Positions 11,421 to 24,499 of a stretch of 64,000 nt of DNA are shown piece after piece. Position 1 is the first letter of the stretch. Each line of letters begins with the position of its first letter. The notes beneath the pieces were generated by a model, which saw only the letters and a program-made list of their open reading frames with translations, was not told the DNA's origin and searched no databases. Both the position numbers and the translations under genes were made by a program. The stretch comes from Octopus vulgaris (lineage: Eukaryota), in NCBI GenBank assembly GCA_951406725.2, contig OX597815.1, forward strand, positions 65,658,001 to 65,722,000, given 5' to 3'.

Positions 11421-13301
11421 TTATTTATATTATTTAATTGAACGCCACGAATCCATTTCCAAGTATATATATGTGATGAAGATAGCATTTACGATCGTTT
11501 CGATTTACTAGTTTATCTCTTCAGAATGCGAAAAATAGATTGACATATCAATTAGGATACGAAAATAATTGATACAAATGTGATGGTAATTGAAGCAAAC
11601 CTACATGAACCCTCCGATAATAACTCCAATAGAACAGACAAAAGTAACACGAAAGTGAAACCTAACTATGGATATAACCAAGATACATACAACCAAAACT
11701 TCACACGAATCAAAAACAAGGCGGGTAACTTCTATACAAGAAAAAGCAACGCAAAAAGTGAAGAAAATAGCGATAATATCCGACTCGTAATCTCCTACAC
11801 CATGCACCTTAAATCAAACATAGTTCGCTCATTAATGAAAATCATAGACAAACACCTAAGCGTTAGTAATAAATACGCAGAATTATTTAGGGATAAAATT
11901 AGAATAGGCTACAGTCTGACTAATAACTTAGCCACAATATTAGCCTCAATAAATGATAAAAAAAACTAGACAATTTCTATGAAACTAGAAAGACTGTGAA
12001 CAATAAAAATAAAAACCAACCAACCAATAGAACTAAGCCCACCACAAACGCAACGCCTCTTGCTAACTTAGATATAGACCTGAATAATAATAGCACCCCA
12101 CAATACAACATGAACGCAGATACACCTAATTATTTATGCGGCTGCAGGGATAGAACAAAGTGCCATTTCTCAAATAGATGAAAGACAAATAACGTACTTT
12201 ACCAATGTGACGTCCACACAAAGAGCCAGACGAAATCATACATAGGCGCCACTAAGAACCAAATGATTCTTAGATATAACGCGCACCAATCGAGCTTCAG
12301 AAATAGGAGTAAGGCCAACTCAACAGGGCTCAGTATATACATCTGGGAACTTAAGGATAAAAAATAGATTATAGTTTAAACTAGCGTATACTCACAAAAA
12401 CAATATCCTACAATACCGCCAATAGACGCTGCGATCTTTGTCTATCAGAACGCCATAGCTATATTTACGACTAAACAACCCCTTTTGAACAGGAAATTTG
12501 AGAACACCATTTTTGTCTTCATGTGGGCCTTTATGTATTTAAAAAATACCGGTAGAATAGTCCCTTTTGTCTTCAAGTAGGCCTCTATGTCTTTCATAAT
12601 CCCAAACTAGAATAGTCATCTATATAAGTCTAATTAGCTGGTAACCACCTTAAACACTTACACACAAACAGTCACTCCGCAAAGACACTCACCCTCCACA
12701 TTCCATAATAATTTACTTTGCACCTACATAGGGCCCCTTCTAGCACTAAACTCTAGCAATAATATAATTCTTAGCCATAATACAATTTTAAACCACTCTA
12801 CCTAGTCTAATGAAACTGGTATGAGTTAGCTCCCTTTTCACCTTAAGTTAGAGTCACCCCCTTCATTTACACCGCCGGTGACTAAAACGCATTGCGATTA
12901 AAAGCAAATTTTATACACACGTACGAAATATATGCTTAGTCAAAACTCGGAACCCCCACACCAAAATAATATTCACCCCCCTCTAACTGCCTAACGAAAC
13001 TAACCAGTTTATTACAATGAAACCTCTCCCCAGCGAAATTACCAGCACAAGAACACAATTTAATGTAAGACTTATTAACTGTGCTTCAATTACCATCACA
13101 CTTGTATCAATTATTTTCGCATCCAAACCCATGTATCAATCTATTTTTCGCATTCTGAAGAGATTTACTAAAACTAGTAAATCGAAACGATCGTAAATGC
13201 TACCTTCATCATTGCTTCTTTCTTCTTTATTATCTAATTAAATTAAAGGCATATCAGCAAAAATGACAAGTCTCCCCATGTTATTACATTCATTTTCTTC
13301 T

Positions 13302-13303
<2 letters not shown>
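11421..13303 (+). mobile_element. 5'-truncated Naiad-type Penelope-like retroelement (thumb, CxCx5Cx5C, GIY-YIG), degenerate
   Basis: IIDKH...KIRIGYS, CGCRDRTKCHFSNR*KTNNVLYQC...SYIGATK...RYNAHQSSFRN...NSTGLSIYIWELK...CDLCLSE...LLNRK. Inverted pLTR piece 11474-11598 versus 13082-13211. (TA)n flanks. Confidence 0.85.
13150..13200 (+). ncRNA. Minimal type I hammerhead ribozyme
   Basis: Stem I GCATT/AATGC, CTGAAGA, 9-bp stem II GATTTACTA/TAGTAAATC, GAAA, palindromic CGATCG, GUA triplet. An inverted copy with shortened stem II lies at about 11485-11529. Confidence 0.9.
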
Positions 13304-13354
<51 letters not shown>

Positions 13355-13915
13355 CGAGAGGGAGAGAGGGAGAACGTTCTTTTACACATTGCCTTGCACC
13401 AATCCTAGTAGGTGTCTTCATCCTGTGCCTCTTACATTAACTCTCTTGTACTCTTTTTCTTGCGTTCTCCAAACGATGTATAACGTGCCTGGAGATACCA
13501 ACCCATCAACCAATCAACTAGCCAACCACTCACCATTTATATCCCTAATTATTATATAGAAATATCTACGCTATATGAGAAACATCTACGCTATATGAGA
13601 GCTCAATTACTAACCCACCGTTAAACCTCAATGCATTATGACAATGCAATATAAATTGGTGAAATCCATTTGCTTATACATAGTGCTCGCGTCTGAGGAC
13701 AAGCGAAATAGCTCGAAACTGAGTCAGTCTCGCGATCCTGTTACCTGCTAGAGGATGGTAGAGGTTCGTTCCTCCTGCAAACAATATATGTTGTATATAA
13801 AGGGTGCAGAGACGCACCGATAACAAGCTGGCGGAGAATCTGCCTGAGGTTAAACTAGTAGTAACATGTAGCAACCACTTTGATGTGGCGACTGACTTTA
13901 CTACACACACACACT

Positions 13916-13948
<33 letters not shown>

Positions 13949-14011
13949 ACACACATATATATAGAGAGAGATACAAACATATTAACAGTTATATATACAT
14001 ACAAATAAATA

Positions 14012-17000
14012 GTTGGCATCCTTTTTGTCTCGGGAGACAATGGAGTTGCGCATAAAATAGTCTAGTTCGGCTTTTACATTTCATGTCCTAATACATTTCC
14101 TGCTGTGGCTGTGTAGTCCTATCCTGGACAAACATTCCCTCTGGCAGGTGCCGCAAATGTAGCGAAGACTGTTCCTGGCTGGTTGTAATGTCATAGTTTC
14201 TTGTTGACGTATTTTCTTGTCTTTCCATTTCTCCTCTCTCTCTCTCTCTGTCACTCCTTTGTATTCCCTCTTTTACAGTACGTCGCCAATCTCCACGGTT
14301 GCTGGCAACTGCTTCCCAATTGCTAATATTGATGTTGCAGGCCTTCATGTCCCTTTTGCAAACATCCTTGTAACGTAAGAACGGTCTTCCCACAGACCTA
14401 GTACCCCTAGCACGCTGTCCTTGGGGATTCTGCCATCTTTCATACGGCTAACATGCCCAAGCCATCTCATACGTCTTTGTGTGAGGAGTGTAAACATGCT
14501 TGGTATTCCTACTTGCTTGAGGACATCTTTGTTGGGGACATGATTCTACCATTTGATGCGAAGGATTTTTCAGAGGCAGCGCAGGTGAAAGATGTTTAGG
14601 CGACGCTCTTGGCGTGTGTATAGCGTCCAAGTCTCACTTCCATACAGTAGAGTGCTAAGTACACATGCCTGGCAGATCTTCATTTTCGTGGTCTTGGTCA
14701 GCTTATTGTTGTCCCATGCCCGTTTGGAGAGTTGGGCCATTGCAGCAGCTGCCTTGCCAATGCGTTTATTGAACTCAGCGTCAACGGATAGGTTGTAGGT
14801 GACGGTAGAGCCAAGATAGGTAAGCTTCTCCACCTCCTGTAATCTGTGGTCTCCAATATGTATGTTTGGGATGTCCGATGTAGCCTGACCCATGATGTTG
14901 GTCTTCTTGAGGCTGATAGCTAAGCCAAAGTCGTTACATGCTTGCTCAAAACAGTTGATGAGCCTTACCAGAGCGGCATCATCAGCAAATAGCATCTCCT
15001 TGATCAGGACGCTTCTGATTTTGGTCTTGGCACGCAGGCGCGAGAGATTGAACAGTTTCCCGTCACTTCTACTGTGCAGGAACATTCCATCATCTGACGT
15101 CTGAAAAAGCACGTGTGAGCAAGAGCGAGAAGAAGATGCCAAAATAATGTAGGAGCGAGGACACAACCTTGCTTTACCCCGTTTTTTATTTGGAAGGCGG
15201 CTGACGTTGAACCATTGTGCTGTATGGTGCCTTGCATATCATCATGGAAAGACTTGATGATCCTCAGCAGCTTTGGTGGACATCCGATTTTTTGGAGCAG
15301 GAGGAAGAGGCCTTTTCTGCTTACCGAATCAAAGGCCTTTGTCAGATCAATGAAGGCCATATATAATGGCATTTTCTGCTCTCTGGACTTCTCCTGAAGT
15401 TGGCGTATGGAGAATATCATGTCAATAGTTGATCTGCTTCTTTTAAAGCCACACTGCGATTCCGGATAAATTCGAGAAGCAAGTAGTTGTGGTCTGGCCA
15501 GGATAACGCGAGCAAAGGTCTTTCCAACAGTGCTTAGAAGAGATATTCCACGGTAATTGTTACAATCACCACGGTCACCTTTGTTTTTGTAAAGCGTAAT
15601 GATGTTAGCATCCCGCATATCCTGAGGGACTGTACCTTCTTCCCAGCACTGACACAGAAGCTCATGAAGGTGCCGAAGCAGGATGGTGTTTTTGCCGGCT
15701 TTGATGATCTCTGAGGGGATGCCGTCTTTTCCCGGAGCCTTGTTATTTGCTGGAGAGTCAATAGCCTTGGTGAGCTCTGCTATAGATGGCGGACTGTCAA
15801 GTTCGCACATGACTGGCAAAATCTTGACACTCTCGATTGCAGCCTCAGCTACTGTAGTCTCCCGTGAGTAGAGATCCTGGTAGTTGCTCCACCCATCTAT
15901 CCATTTTCTTGCTTTGATCTCCAGTAGTTGATTTCAGAGGGGCTGACTTGGTTGCGGATGGACCGAGGGCCTTCTTCAAACCGGCATACATCCCACGAGT
16001 GTCGCCACTGTCAGCAGCTGACTGGATACTCTGACAGATTTCCTGCCAATACCTATTTGCACAGCGTCTGGCTGTCAGTTGGGTTTTATTTCTTGCCTTT
16101 CTGAGTTCTTCGAGTGACTTTGTAGAAGAATCAATATTGTATTGCATCAGAGCTGCACGCTTTGCTTCGATAACTGGCTCCAGCTCTGAGAACCCAGCAT
16201 TGAACCAATCTGGGTTTTGCCTTTCTCTCATGCCGAAAGTATCTATTGATGTGGTATACAAAGCTTCCCTGATATAATTCCACCTACTTTCAGCAGAGGA
16301 GGCTGGGCAGTTACTGAGGGCAACCTTGATAGAAGCAGCAAAACATTTTCGCAGTGTAGAGTTCGAGGTTCTGGCAGTGTTAATGCGTGGTCGGCCCACT
16401 TTCTTGGAGTGATGGACTTTTTTAAGCAGAATCCTCACCCTACTTCTAATTAGTGAGTGATCTGTGTCACAATCCGCGCTGTGGTAACTGCGGGTCAGTT
16501 GAACAGAATTCAGAAAGGATCTTCGTGTAATAATGAGATCCAGCTGATGCCAGTGGTGAGATCTTGAATGTCTTCAAGATGCCTTGTGGGATGGCTTGTT
16601 AGCAAAAAATGTGTTTGTGATGCACAGGTTATGGTATGTGCAAAATTCAAGTAGTCTCTGACCAATGTCATTCATGTTGTCAATACCAAAGTGTCCAACA
16701 CAAATGGGCCACGAATAATGGTCAGATCCCACGCGAGCGTTAAAATCCCCTAGAAAGTAGATGTTTTCATTTGTTTGGTATATTTTTAATGATACAGTTG
16801 AGATCTTTGTAGAACTGGTCCTTGGTCTCCTCTGAGCTGTAGAGAGTGGGAGCATAGATGCTCAGTAGATGTACTGAGCCAGAAGAAGTCGAGAGGCCCA
16901 GTGAGAGGATACGCTCAGTGCCTCCTGATGGTGGTTCTATTGAGGAGAGTCATGAGTTTCTCACTGCAAAGCCAACGCCATGCTGACGAGGTTCTTCAGG

Positions 17001-17845
17001 ATCGTTTCCCTGCCAAAAGAAGGTGAAATCCTGTTCTTTGAGTTAGCCGTTTGAGGGAAGTCTTGTCTCCTGTAGCCCAGCAATGTCTATGTTAAGCCTC
17101 TTTAGTTCACGGTCAATGATGGCCGTTTTTCTTGTGTCTTCAACCCTGAGTAGATTATCAGATATTCCAGGGCACATGGTCCTGACATTCCAGCTTGCTA
17201 ACCGCAGGACTGGTGTTTTCTTGTCTTTTAGTTGTTTGCCTGATGCAGAGGTTGCAGGCCGCTTTTCAAGTCAAACTCTTAGCTCCAAGCACCCAATGAA
17301 GCAGGCGGCCGGTGGCGGGTCAACACCTTATTAACTGGGGACTGCCCAGCTTGAGGTGGGCAGTAGCTAACCAATAGGACACGGAGGTCCCTCCCACTGT
17401 CAGAGGTAACCCGTAGCGCCAATATTTTACGCCACTCTGAATGGACTTATCACTCGTGACTGTTACGTCCCATGTTTTTTCTGCCGCTTTTTACAGCAGC
17501 ACTGAAGTGTCCTCTTCAGTTTTGCGCAGGCCTGGGCTAGAAATAAGAAAGTCCTGGGTAGCCCAATCGTCAGGATTCCTCTCTCGACCTTGCTGATGTA
17601 GTCCAAAGGAGTGAAGAGCATTACGTTTGGCACCAGCTTGGTTGCAGGAGCTGCCAGAAGAGTGTCGAGTCGAACACTAAACCGCCTTCGGGGCTCCACT
17701 CCGGATTTCTTTGAAGGTTGTCTCCTTTCCGTAACCCTGGATAGGGGCCCATACCGGGTATTGTCAGCCGGAGCCAGCTGAGCCCGAAACTCGTGTCAGG
17801 CAGCGTCGTCACTCCCTGAAGTAGTGAAGTTCGCTACCCACTTAC
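14012..17845 (-). mobile_element. Near-full-length RTE-clade (BovB-like) LINE with frameshifts
   Basis: APE endonuclease (LASWNVRTM, LGDFNARVG, NLCITNTFF), RT (KAPGKDGIP, NYRGISLLS, PESQCGF, FIDLTKAFD, GVKQGCVLAP, LFADD, YLGS, YGSETW), about 0.6-kb 5' UTR, and RTE-type 3' end CCATTGTCTCCCGAGAC..GGATGCCAAC. Confidence 0.95.
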
Positions 17846-18097
17846 CTTTTCAAGTAATGTTAATTTATTATTAGATTTTTCTTTTTTTTCTACGTTTGTT
17901 TTATATATTTATTTTCAACCACTAATCTTCATCATTAGCAGCAGCAGCAGTTATAAATAAATATATACATATATACATATATCTATCTACCTACCTTTCT
18001 GTTTATCTTCATACGCGTGCACAATAGGCTAAAATGATAGTTGGGAGCAACAAGAGCAACCACTGAAGAGCGTGTTTCACAGATGACTCATAATTTA

Positions 18098-18921
18098 CGA
18101 CAGTGGACTGAAAAGTTCTCTCTATGAAGAAGTGATGTTAGAAGTCTTACATCTGGAGTCTTGCATGCATTATTTCAACTCTTCTTATAAATAACTGCAT
18201 TGTTTCTTTCCAGCTAAACTGACATTTACTAGTTACTTCAAAAATAACTAGTAGCGACTTCTCTTAAAAATGGACAAAATTTGGCATCGTGATGGTATCA
18301 AGAACCAGCAGAAAAAGGGATTAGCTGTCATGGTTGATACACTACGGGATGACACACCAGCTTTATCAACAGTGCAAAAGTGAGCAGCTGAATGCAGGAA
18401 GGGAAAGTAGAGTCTTAATAATTATCCAAGGTCTGGACGTCCAACAACTGTCACCACCAAGGAAAACATTGATCATGTTCACACGAGAGACGGCAGATAA
18501 TTGACATTAAATCAAATAGCCAATGCTACTGGGATATCTCGTAAGAGAGTTGAGAATATTGTGCACTATGAACTTGGTATGACGAAATTTTCTGCTCGGT
18601 GGGTGCCACGTTTTCTGACATCTGATCAAAAGCGCACCATGCTGATCAGATTACGGGAAAATCTACTATTCTTTAAGGTAGATCAAGCTGGTTTCTTTGA
18701 ACGTTTCCCAAGCCAAGCTTCATCACTTTGAGTCAGAGACAAAGAGACAATCTATGCAGTAGAAACACCTCTCCTCACCAACTCCAATGAAAGCAACGTC
18801 GTTTCATCTGTCTCCATTTTGGGGGATGTAAAAGGTATTGTGTTCATTGACTATCCTCAAAATGGTCACACCATCCATGAGAGTTTCTTGATCGGCCTAT
18901 GAACTTTTCAGCTGACCCTCG
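18098..18921 (+). mobile_element. Internally deleted mariner element
   Basis: Imperfect TIRs (CGA..G...CTGAAAAGTTC) with TA duplications. Transposase remnants SGRP and KFSARWVPRFLT. Confidence 0.85.
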
Positions 18922-19157
18922 TAATTGTTCTCTACACCTGTTTCAATAGATAGATTAAAATACTATCGTTTATATAATTACGTAATTAACATACATATTA
19001 ATTAAATTGAATGTGATGAGTTACCCATTTTCTAAAGGAGAAAGGCTGGAAAATAGAACTCAAAATATCGTTATTGTTTCGAATGTGAATTATAATTTTA
19101 AATAAACGCCATATGGCACGATGATTTTCATATTCTTAATACGCCCCAGCAGATTCT

Positions 19158-19650
19158 AATCTAAATGTGCTAATAGCTATTGTGTATATCGCCCGAGAAC
19201 TGTTTCACCGCTTTTACGACGACAATGTGCACATAATACACTCAACTCATTGATGCAAGGGATTCCGGGATACCTGTGTTTTGGCATGTAGTGTCTCATC
19301 AGTCAGGCACACCGGACCTTTGAATTTAAACAAGAGCCGATGATTTTGTTAATAATTTCAGTGAACAAACTGTTCCCTGATCAGTACTGATATCTGCTAA
19401 CCGGTAATAATCGTTATTTGTATTATGAACAGCGAGACCTGAAAGGATTACTTGCATATTAGTCTTAATGCGTCTCGTCTGATTCGAATTCAAATATGCT
19501 AATCACTGCTGTGTGCGTTGCAGGAGAACATCGCCTTCTTTTTACGCCGACAATGTGTTCATAATACTCTCGATTCATTTGTTCAAGGGATTCGGGGATT
19601 CCGGTATTTGGACATGTGTCTCATCAACTAGAAGGGCCATGGACCTTTGA
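19158..19650 (-). repeat. Two diverged direct repeats (325-nt period), each with a decayed HHR motif
   Basis: 19158-19323 resembles 19487-19650. Minus strand CTGATGA-GACACTACATGCC-AAAA and TTGATGA-GACACATGTC-CAAA. Confidence 0.6.
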
Positions 19651-21123
19651 GACTAACCTGTCATATGACAATAGATTCCTCTTTGTATTTAACTTGATCT
19701 CACCGGTTTCTCCAGTTGACACCTATAGATAATTAATCTATTTGATATCTCTATATAGTCATACTGAAAGTATTTGACATTTATAGGTCAAAGTGTTATC
19801 TAACAAATAGCAGTAAACAATCAAACTACGTTTTCTTAAAAATATGGAAATCAGTAGAGTTTTTGACAGTGTTTGTCTTAAAACATTAGGGTACTTAAGA
19901 TATTAGGACAATAAAGAAGTAGAATATTTTAATATGAGAGAGAAAGAGAGTTAATGTGAGATGGTCAGAAGTCGGAGATGCTAGATACATGAAGTGGGGT
20001 AGAGTGAGGTGGTTGAGTTGAGAATTAGAGAAGAAAGGTAGAAAGAGTCAGTACCTCAAACAAGGCAAAAAGAAAACAAAAGAAAACAGGTGAAGACATC
20101 AAGTAAAGAAGAGTAAAGGGAAAGCAAGATGTTGGGGAGGGGAAGGATTAGTAGACATGCGCAGAGAACAGGGGAATCGTTCTCCACGCATTCGACCCTC
20201 TGTATTGCTGGTATGTGGATTGGATCTATCCTCAGAAGGTTAGCATGTCGGGAGGTTGGGATTGGATCCAGCTGTTAGCGGAGTCTCTCGTGAAACTCTA
20301 CTCAGCGATGTTATTTGGCAAGGAGAGGGGCAGCCAGGTTTTCACAGTTATAGTGACAAAGGTTATATTGGTGGCTTCCTTTGATAAGGTTGAGGACAAG
20401 ACACTGTATCTCCGGCCATGACTTGAACAGCTAGTTCTACTTGGAGTAGAGGATAAGGATAGAGAAATATGTTGTTGCAATGTTGAATATTTAATGAAAG
20501 ACAGATGCAAGTGATGACATCAGTACCTGGTAGTGTGTATGTTAAAACCATTATCCATCCATCTGTTTTCTCTGCCCACTACTCTCGGGATGGCCGTTGG
20601 AGTAGAGTCCTTGGACACTTCCTCCATAGGGTGCTATCAGAAGCAACCTTCATTTTCCGGATGGATTCCTGAGCATGACCAACTGAAACTATGGATATTA
20701 TGCAACCATCTCATTCTAACTCTATCCCCTAAATCTCCTGCCGATTGACTCGACTTAAGGAATCTGTCTGGCGATTTTTTCCAGCGACATTCCAACCATA
20801 TGTCTGTAGTACCGGAGGTGTGACGTCTCGACATCTTTGTAATCATTGTGCTTACAACGTTGGGTTGTCACAATCGTTAGGGCGTTGGAATGTCTTGCGG
20901 TATTTCTTCTGGATTATTACAACCTGAATTTACACCCCAACGAGGTCAGTTTTAGTTTTCATCCTTTACGGGTCGATAACATAAAGTAGCAATCAGATAA
21001 TGGGTTCATTTATATCGACATTGTTGTTTTATCGTTCTAGATAACTGACAAGATGACCTTGAAATTTTCTTTTTTAAATTTCCACCTAATTCTTCTGGAG
21101 TGAGAAAAAGTTATTGTTTCGAA

Positions 21124-22106
21124 AGCGGCGAGCTTGCAGAATCGTTAGCACGCCGGGCGAAATGCGTAGCGGTATTTCCTCTGCCGTTACGTTGTGAGTT
21201 CAAATTCCGCCGAGGTCGACTTTGCCTTTCATCCTTTCGGGGTCGATAAATTAAGTACCAGTTACGCACTGGGGTCGATGTAATCGACTTAATACCTATG
21301 TCTGTCCTTGCTTGTCCTCTCTATGTTTAGCCCCTTGTGGGTAATAAAGAAATAGGTATTTCTTCTGCGTTACGTTGTGAGTTCAAATTCCGCCGAGGTC
21401 GACTTTGCCTTTCATCCTTTCGGAGTCGATAAATTAAGTACTAGTTACGCACTGGGGTCGATGCAATCGACTTAATACCTATGTCTGTCCTTGTTTGTCC
21501 CCTCTGTGTTTAGCCCCTTGTGGGTAATAAAGAAATAGGTATTTCTTCTGGCGCTAAGTTCATCCGAAAGGATGAAAGGCAAAGTCGACCTCGGCGGAAT
21601 TTGAACTCACAACGTAACGCAGAAGAAATACCGCTACGCATTTCGCCCGGCGTGCTAACGATTCTGCAAGCTCGCCGCTTTCGAAACAATAATTCCGCCG
21701 AGGTCAACTTTGCCTTTCATCCTTTCGGGGTCGATTATATAAGTACCAGTTACGCACTGGGGTCGATATAATCGACTTAATCCGTTTGCCTGTCCTTGTT
21801 TGTCCCCTCTGTGTGTAGCCCCTTGTGGGCAGTAAAGAAATAGGTATTTCGTCTGTCTTCATGTTCTGAGTCCAAATTCCGCCGAGGTCGACTTTGCCGT
21901 TCATCCTTTCGGGGTTGTGCACTGGAGTCGATATAATCGACTAAACCCCTCCCCACCAAATTTGAGGCTTTGTGCCTATATCGACCCCAGTGCGTAACTG
22001 GTACTTATTTAATCGACCCCGAAAGGAACTCAGAACTTAAGCGCCAGAAGAAATACCGCTAAGCATTTCGCCCGGCGAGCTAACGATTCTGCCAGCTCGC
22101 CGCCTT
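21124..22106. mobile_element. Cluster of tandem and inverted SINE family B copies
   Basis: At least four plus-strand and two minus-strand partial copies of GGCGAGCT.GCAGAATCGTTAG...GAGTTCAAATTCCGCCGAGGTCGACTTTGCC... Confidence 0.9.
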
Positions 22107-22769
22107 AATGATAACAGTAATAATAACAGCAATAATAATAGTCATTATTATTTTTATTACTATTGCTACAGTCATTATTATCATTATTAGTCATATCATT
22201 GTTTTGCTACCGACTCCCGAGCTTTTCGATTGTGACATTCTTTGTAAAATACATTAGTTAATTACTCGTTGAAAATTAACTTTTGATAATAGCATTCCAG
22301 TTTACTATAGCAGAAACAGTATTGTTTTTATCATCGTGATACGTGAAAGAATCATCATACATATTCAATCACACGCATATACAAACAAATACATATATAT
22401 ATGCATGTATTGCAACATCAGTTAAGTACCTGTTGCGCATTAATATATTAGGACCGGTGCACTCGGTGAGAGTCGCGATGGTCCAACCGCTTATACTCCC
22501 ACGGTCTACCTTGGTGTCTATCGTATTCAATAAATCTCTTGGAATTTCAAACCAAAGCCTTTTATTAAAGACGAGCTTACGTTTTTCTCTTTCTATCGGC
22601 CATACCAGGGATATCCTCCAGTTGCTTATTCTTCTATATCTAAAATCTTGTACTTGATCAGCTTCAACTAATATATATCTCGCTTAACTGACTTCTCCAG
22701 TCTGCGTGTGTATTAATGTTTGTTTTCATGTCAAAACAGAGTGATCACACATTGATTTTTAGTAGAGTA

Positions 22770-23870
22770 CATATATATTAACTCTTACATTGAAAAGGTT
22801 AACAGAGCTTCGAAGTTTCTGCTTGCTTGCCTTCATCAGACTGTGATTTACTTTGATTCTTTTCGCTTTCATACAGTCCTTGACAGGTTGTGCTTTGATA
22901 GGTGAAGTAATGTGATTGATTATGATTGTAGCCTGACAGGTAATGCAGTTGTGTAGAAAGAGGGTAAATGGAGGTCAAAAAGAAAATGTGTGTTTTTAGA
23001 GTGTAGACCAATGGAAAGGTATGGTGAAGAGTTATATTTTGGATTGCTGTGAGAATTTTGTTATTGTTTAGGATTCAGTCAGGTTTAGAAGTAAAAGAGA
23101 TCTTTATGCTTTTATATAATACTAGCAGTATCGCCCGGCGTTGCTCGGGTTTGTAAGGGAAATAACTATATAAGCATTTTTAGAGAGTTACTTCCCTTAT
23201 AGATGCCAATTCGGGCTTTCTTAGCCATTTCTGTTTTGGTGTCTTCAAGCCATGAAGTCGTTGTTCTAAAAGAACGCTGGTCTCCTTGACAACGCTTAAC
23301 GACGTTGATTTCCTTACACTCCCTTCCCCACAGCTTCAAGAGGGAGGGAAGAAGGGGGAGAAGCAAACACAGGTGCAGGTGTTTGAGCGTGGACGCCTTC
23401 TCCGCCGCCATCGACACACGAAAAATTATGCATTAAAATGGAATAAAAAATGATGTTAAATTATTTTTAAAATCGTAGACTCATCGTGGACGCGCGCTAA
23501 TAGTCAGACGGGCTCGATATTAATCACGACTATAAGATACCCGAATTTGGTTAAACTGCACCGCAAAATGTGGGAGTAGTTAGGAATCTAAATCGAAGGG
23601 GACAGACACTCACACAACTACAGTTTTATATATATAGATTTGATAGATTGTTTTTGATCAGCGGAGAGGTATGGTTGATAATGATATTTGGGTAAGGTGA
23701 AGGACGTAGTTATGTAGGAAGGAGTGAATAGAGGAGGGTAGGGGGAAAGTAAGTATTCATAGGGTGTTAATAGAAAGATAGAACGGTATGGGGAAGATTA
23801 TCTATTTTGGTTTGCAATAGGAAGTTTGTTGTTGTTTAGGGTTCAGTCATGCGTGGAAGTAAAGGAGTAA
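22770..23870 (-). mobile_element. PLE-like pLTR relic with degenerate HHR, interrupted by a Helitron
   Basis: Minus strand ACAGT-CTGATGA-AGGCAAGCAAGCA-GAAA-CTTCGAAG-CT-CTGT at 22802-22844. Internal direct repeat near 23060 and 23830. Confidence 0.55.
23122..23638 (-). mobile_element. Non-autonomous Helitron
   Basis: Minus strand begins A|TCTATATATATAAAA and ends with hairpin CCCGAGCAACGCCGGG then CTAG|T. A/T insertion site with no TSD. Confidence 0.85.
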
Positions 23871-24425
23871 ACATATGTGTCATACTCAGCTCAAGATGCC
23901 TTGCTTAAACATTCTAACCTTTTGTTAAACAGTGAAAAGTTTGCAATATAAAGGGAAAAATAATTATTTCCCTGAGTTAAATCGGTGTTCTACTATCGCA
24001 GTTGTCTTCCCCTGTTTCTCGAGACTAAAGACTAATCTTGATTGACTTTATCAATAGAATTTTATCTCAGAAATGTAAGGCACCAAGCTAAATGCTGTTA
24101 TTTAATTTGTTTCTTTGTTAGCGCCAACTATTCCCTTTGCATACTTTACAAATTTGTGGTTATTTACCATTCATATTATGCAATAAAATATGAATACACT
24201 TTAAATTTTATCACGTAACATGGCGGTTTATAGGTTTTCTATAACTGCGACTTCGCTTTTCTCTTTTCTTTCAAGAAGGCATAGTTGATCACATGCTTAG
24301 ATTATAGAGAAACTGACTGATTTATTACAGCGATGTTTACTTATTAAATGAGGTCAGTAGGCATTGTGACAGCATGTTTATCCTTGTATTGGACAAATAA
24401 TTCCATTTAATACAGCTCAGTTGAA

Positions 24426-24499
<74 letters not shown>

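Noticed and set aside
12550-13150. SECIS element for the Naiad TGA
   Set aside because: The ATGA and GTGA candidates lack a matching helix II and a 3' GA.
17640-17850. HDV-like ribozyme at the RTE 5' end
   Set aside because: Expected in some RTE elements, but I could not fit the P1/P3/L3 pseudoknot by eye.
19900-20930. Purine-rich region possibly derived from a PLE on the minus strand
   Set aside because: Only faint motifs, with no clear HHR or coding signature.
21124-22106. CRISPR-like or tRNA-gene array
   Set aside because: The units are long SINE bodies without unique spacers, and the heads do not fold into complete cloverleaves.
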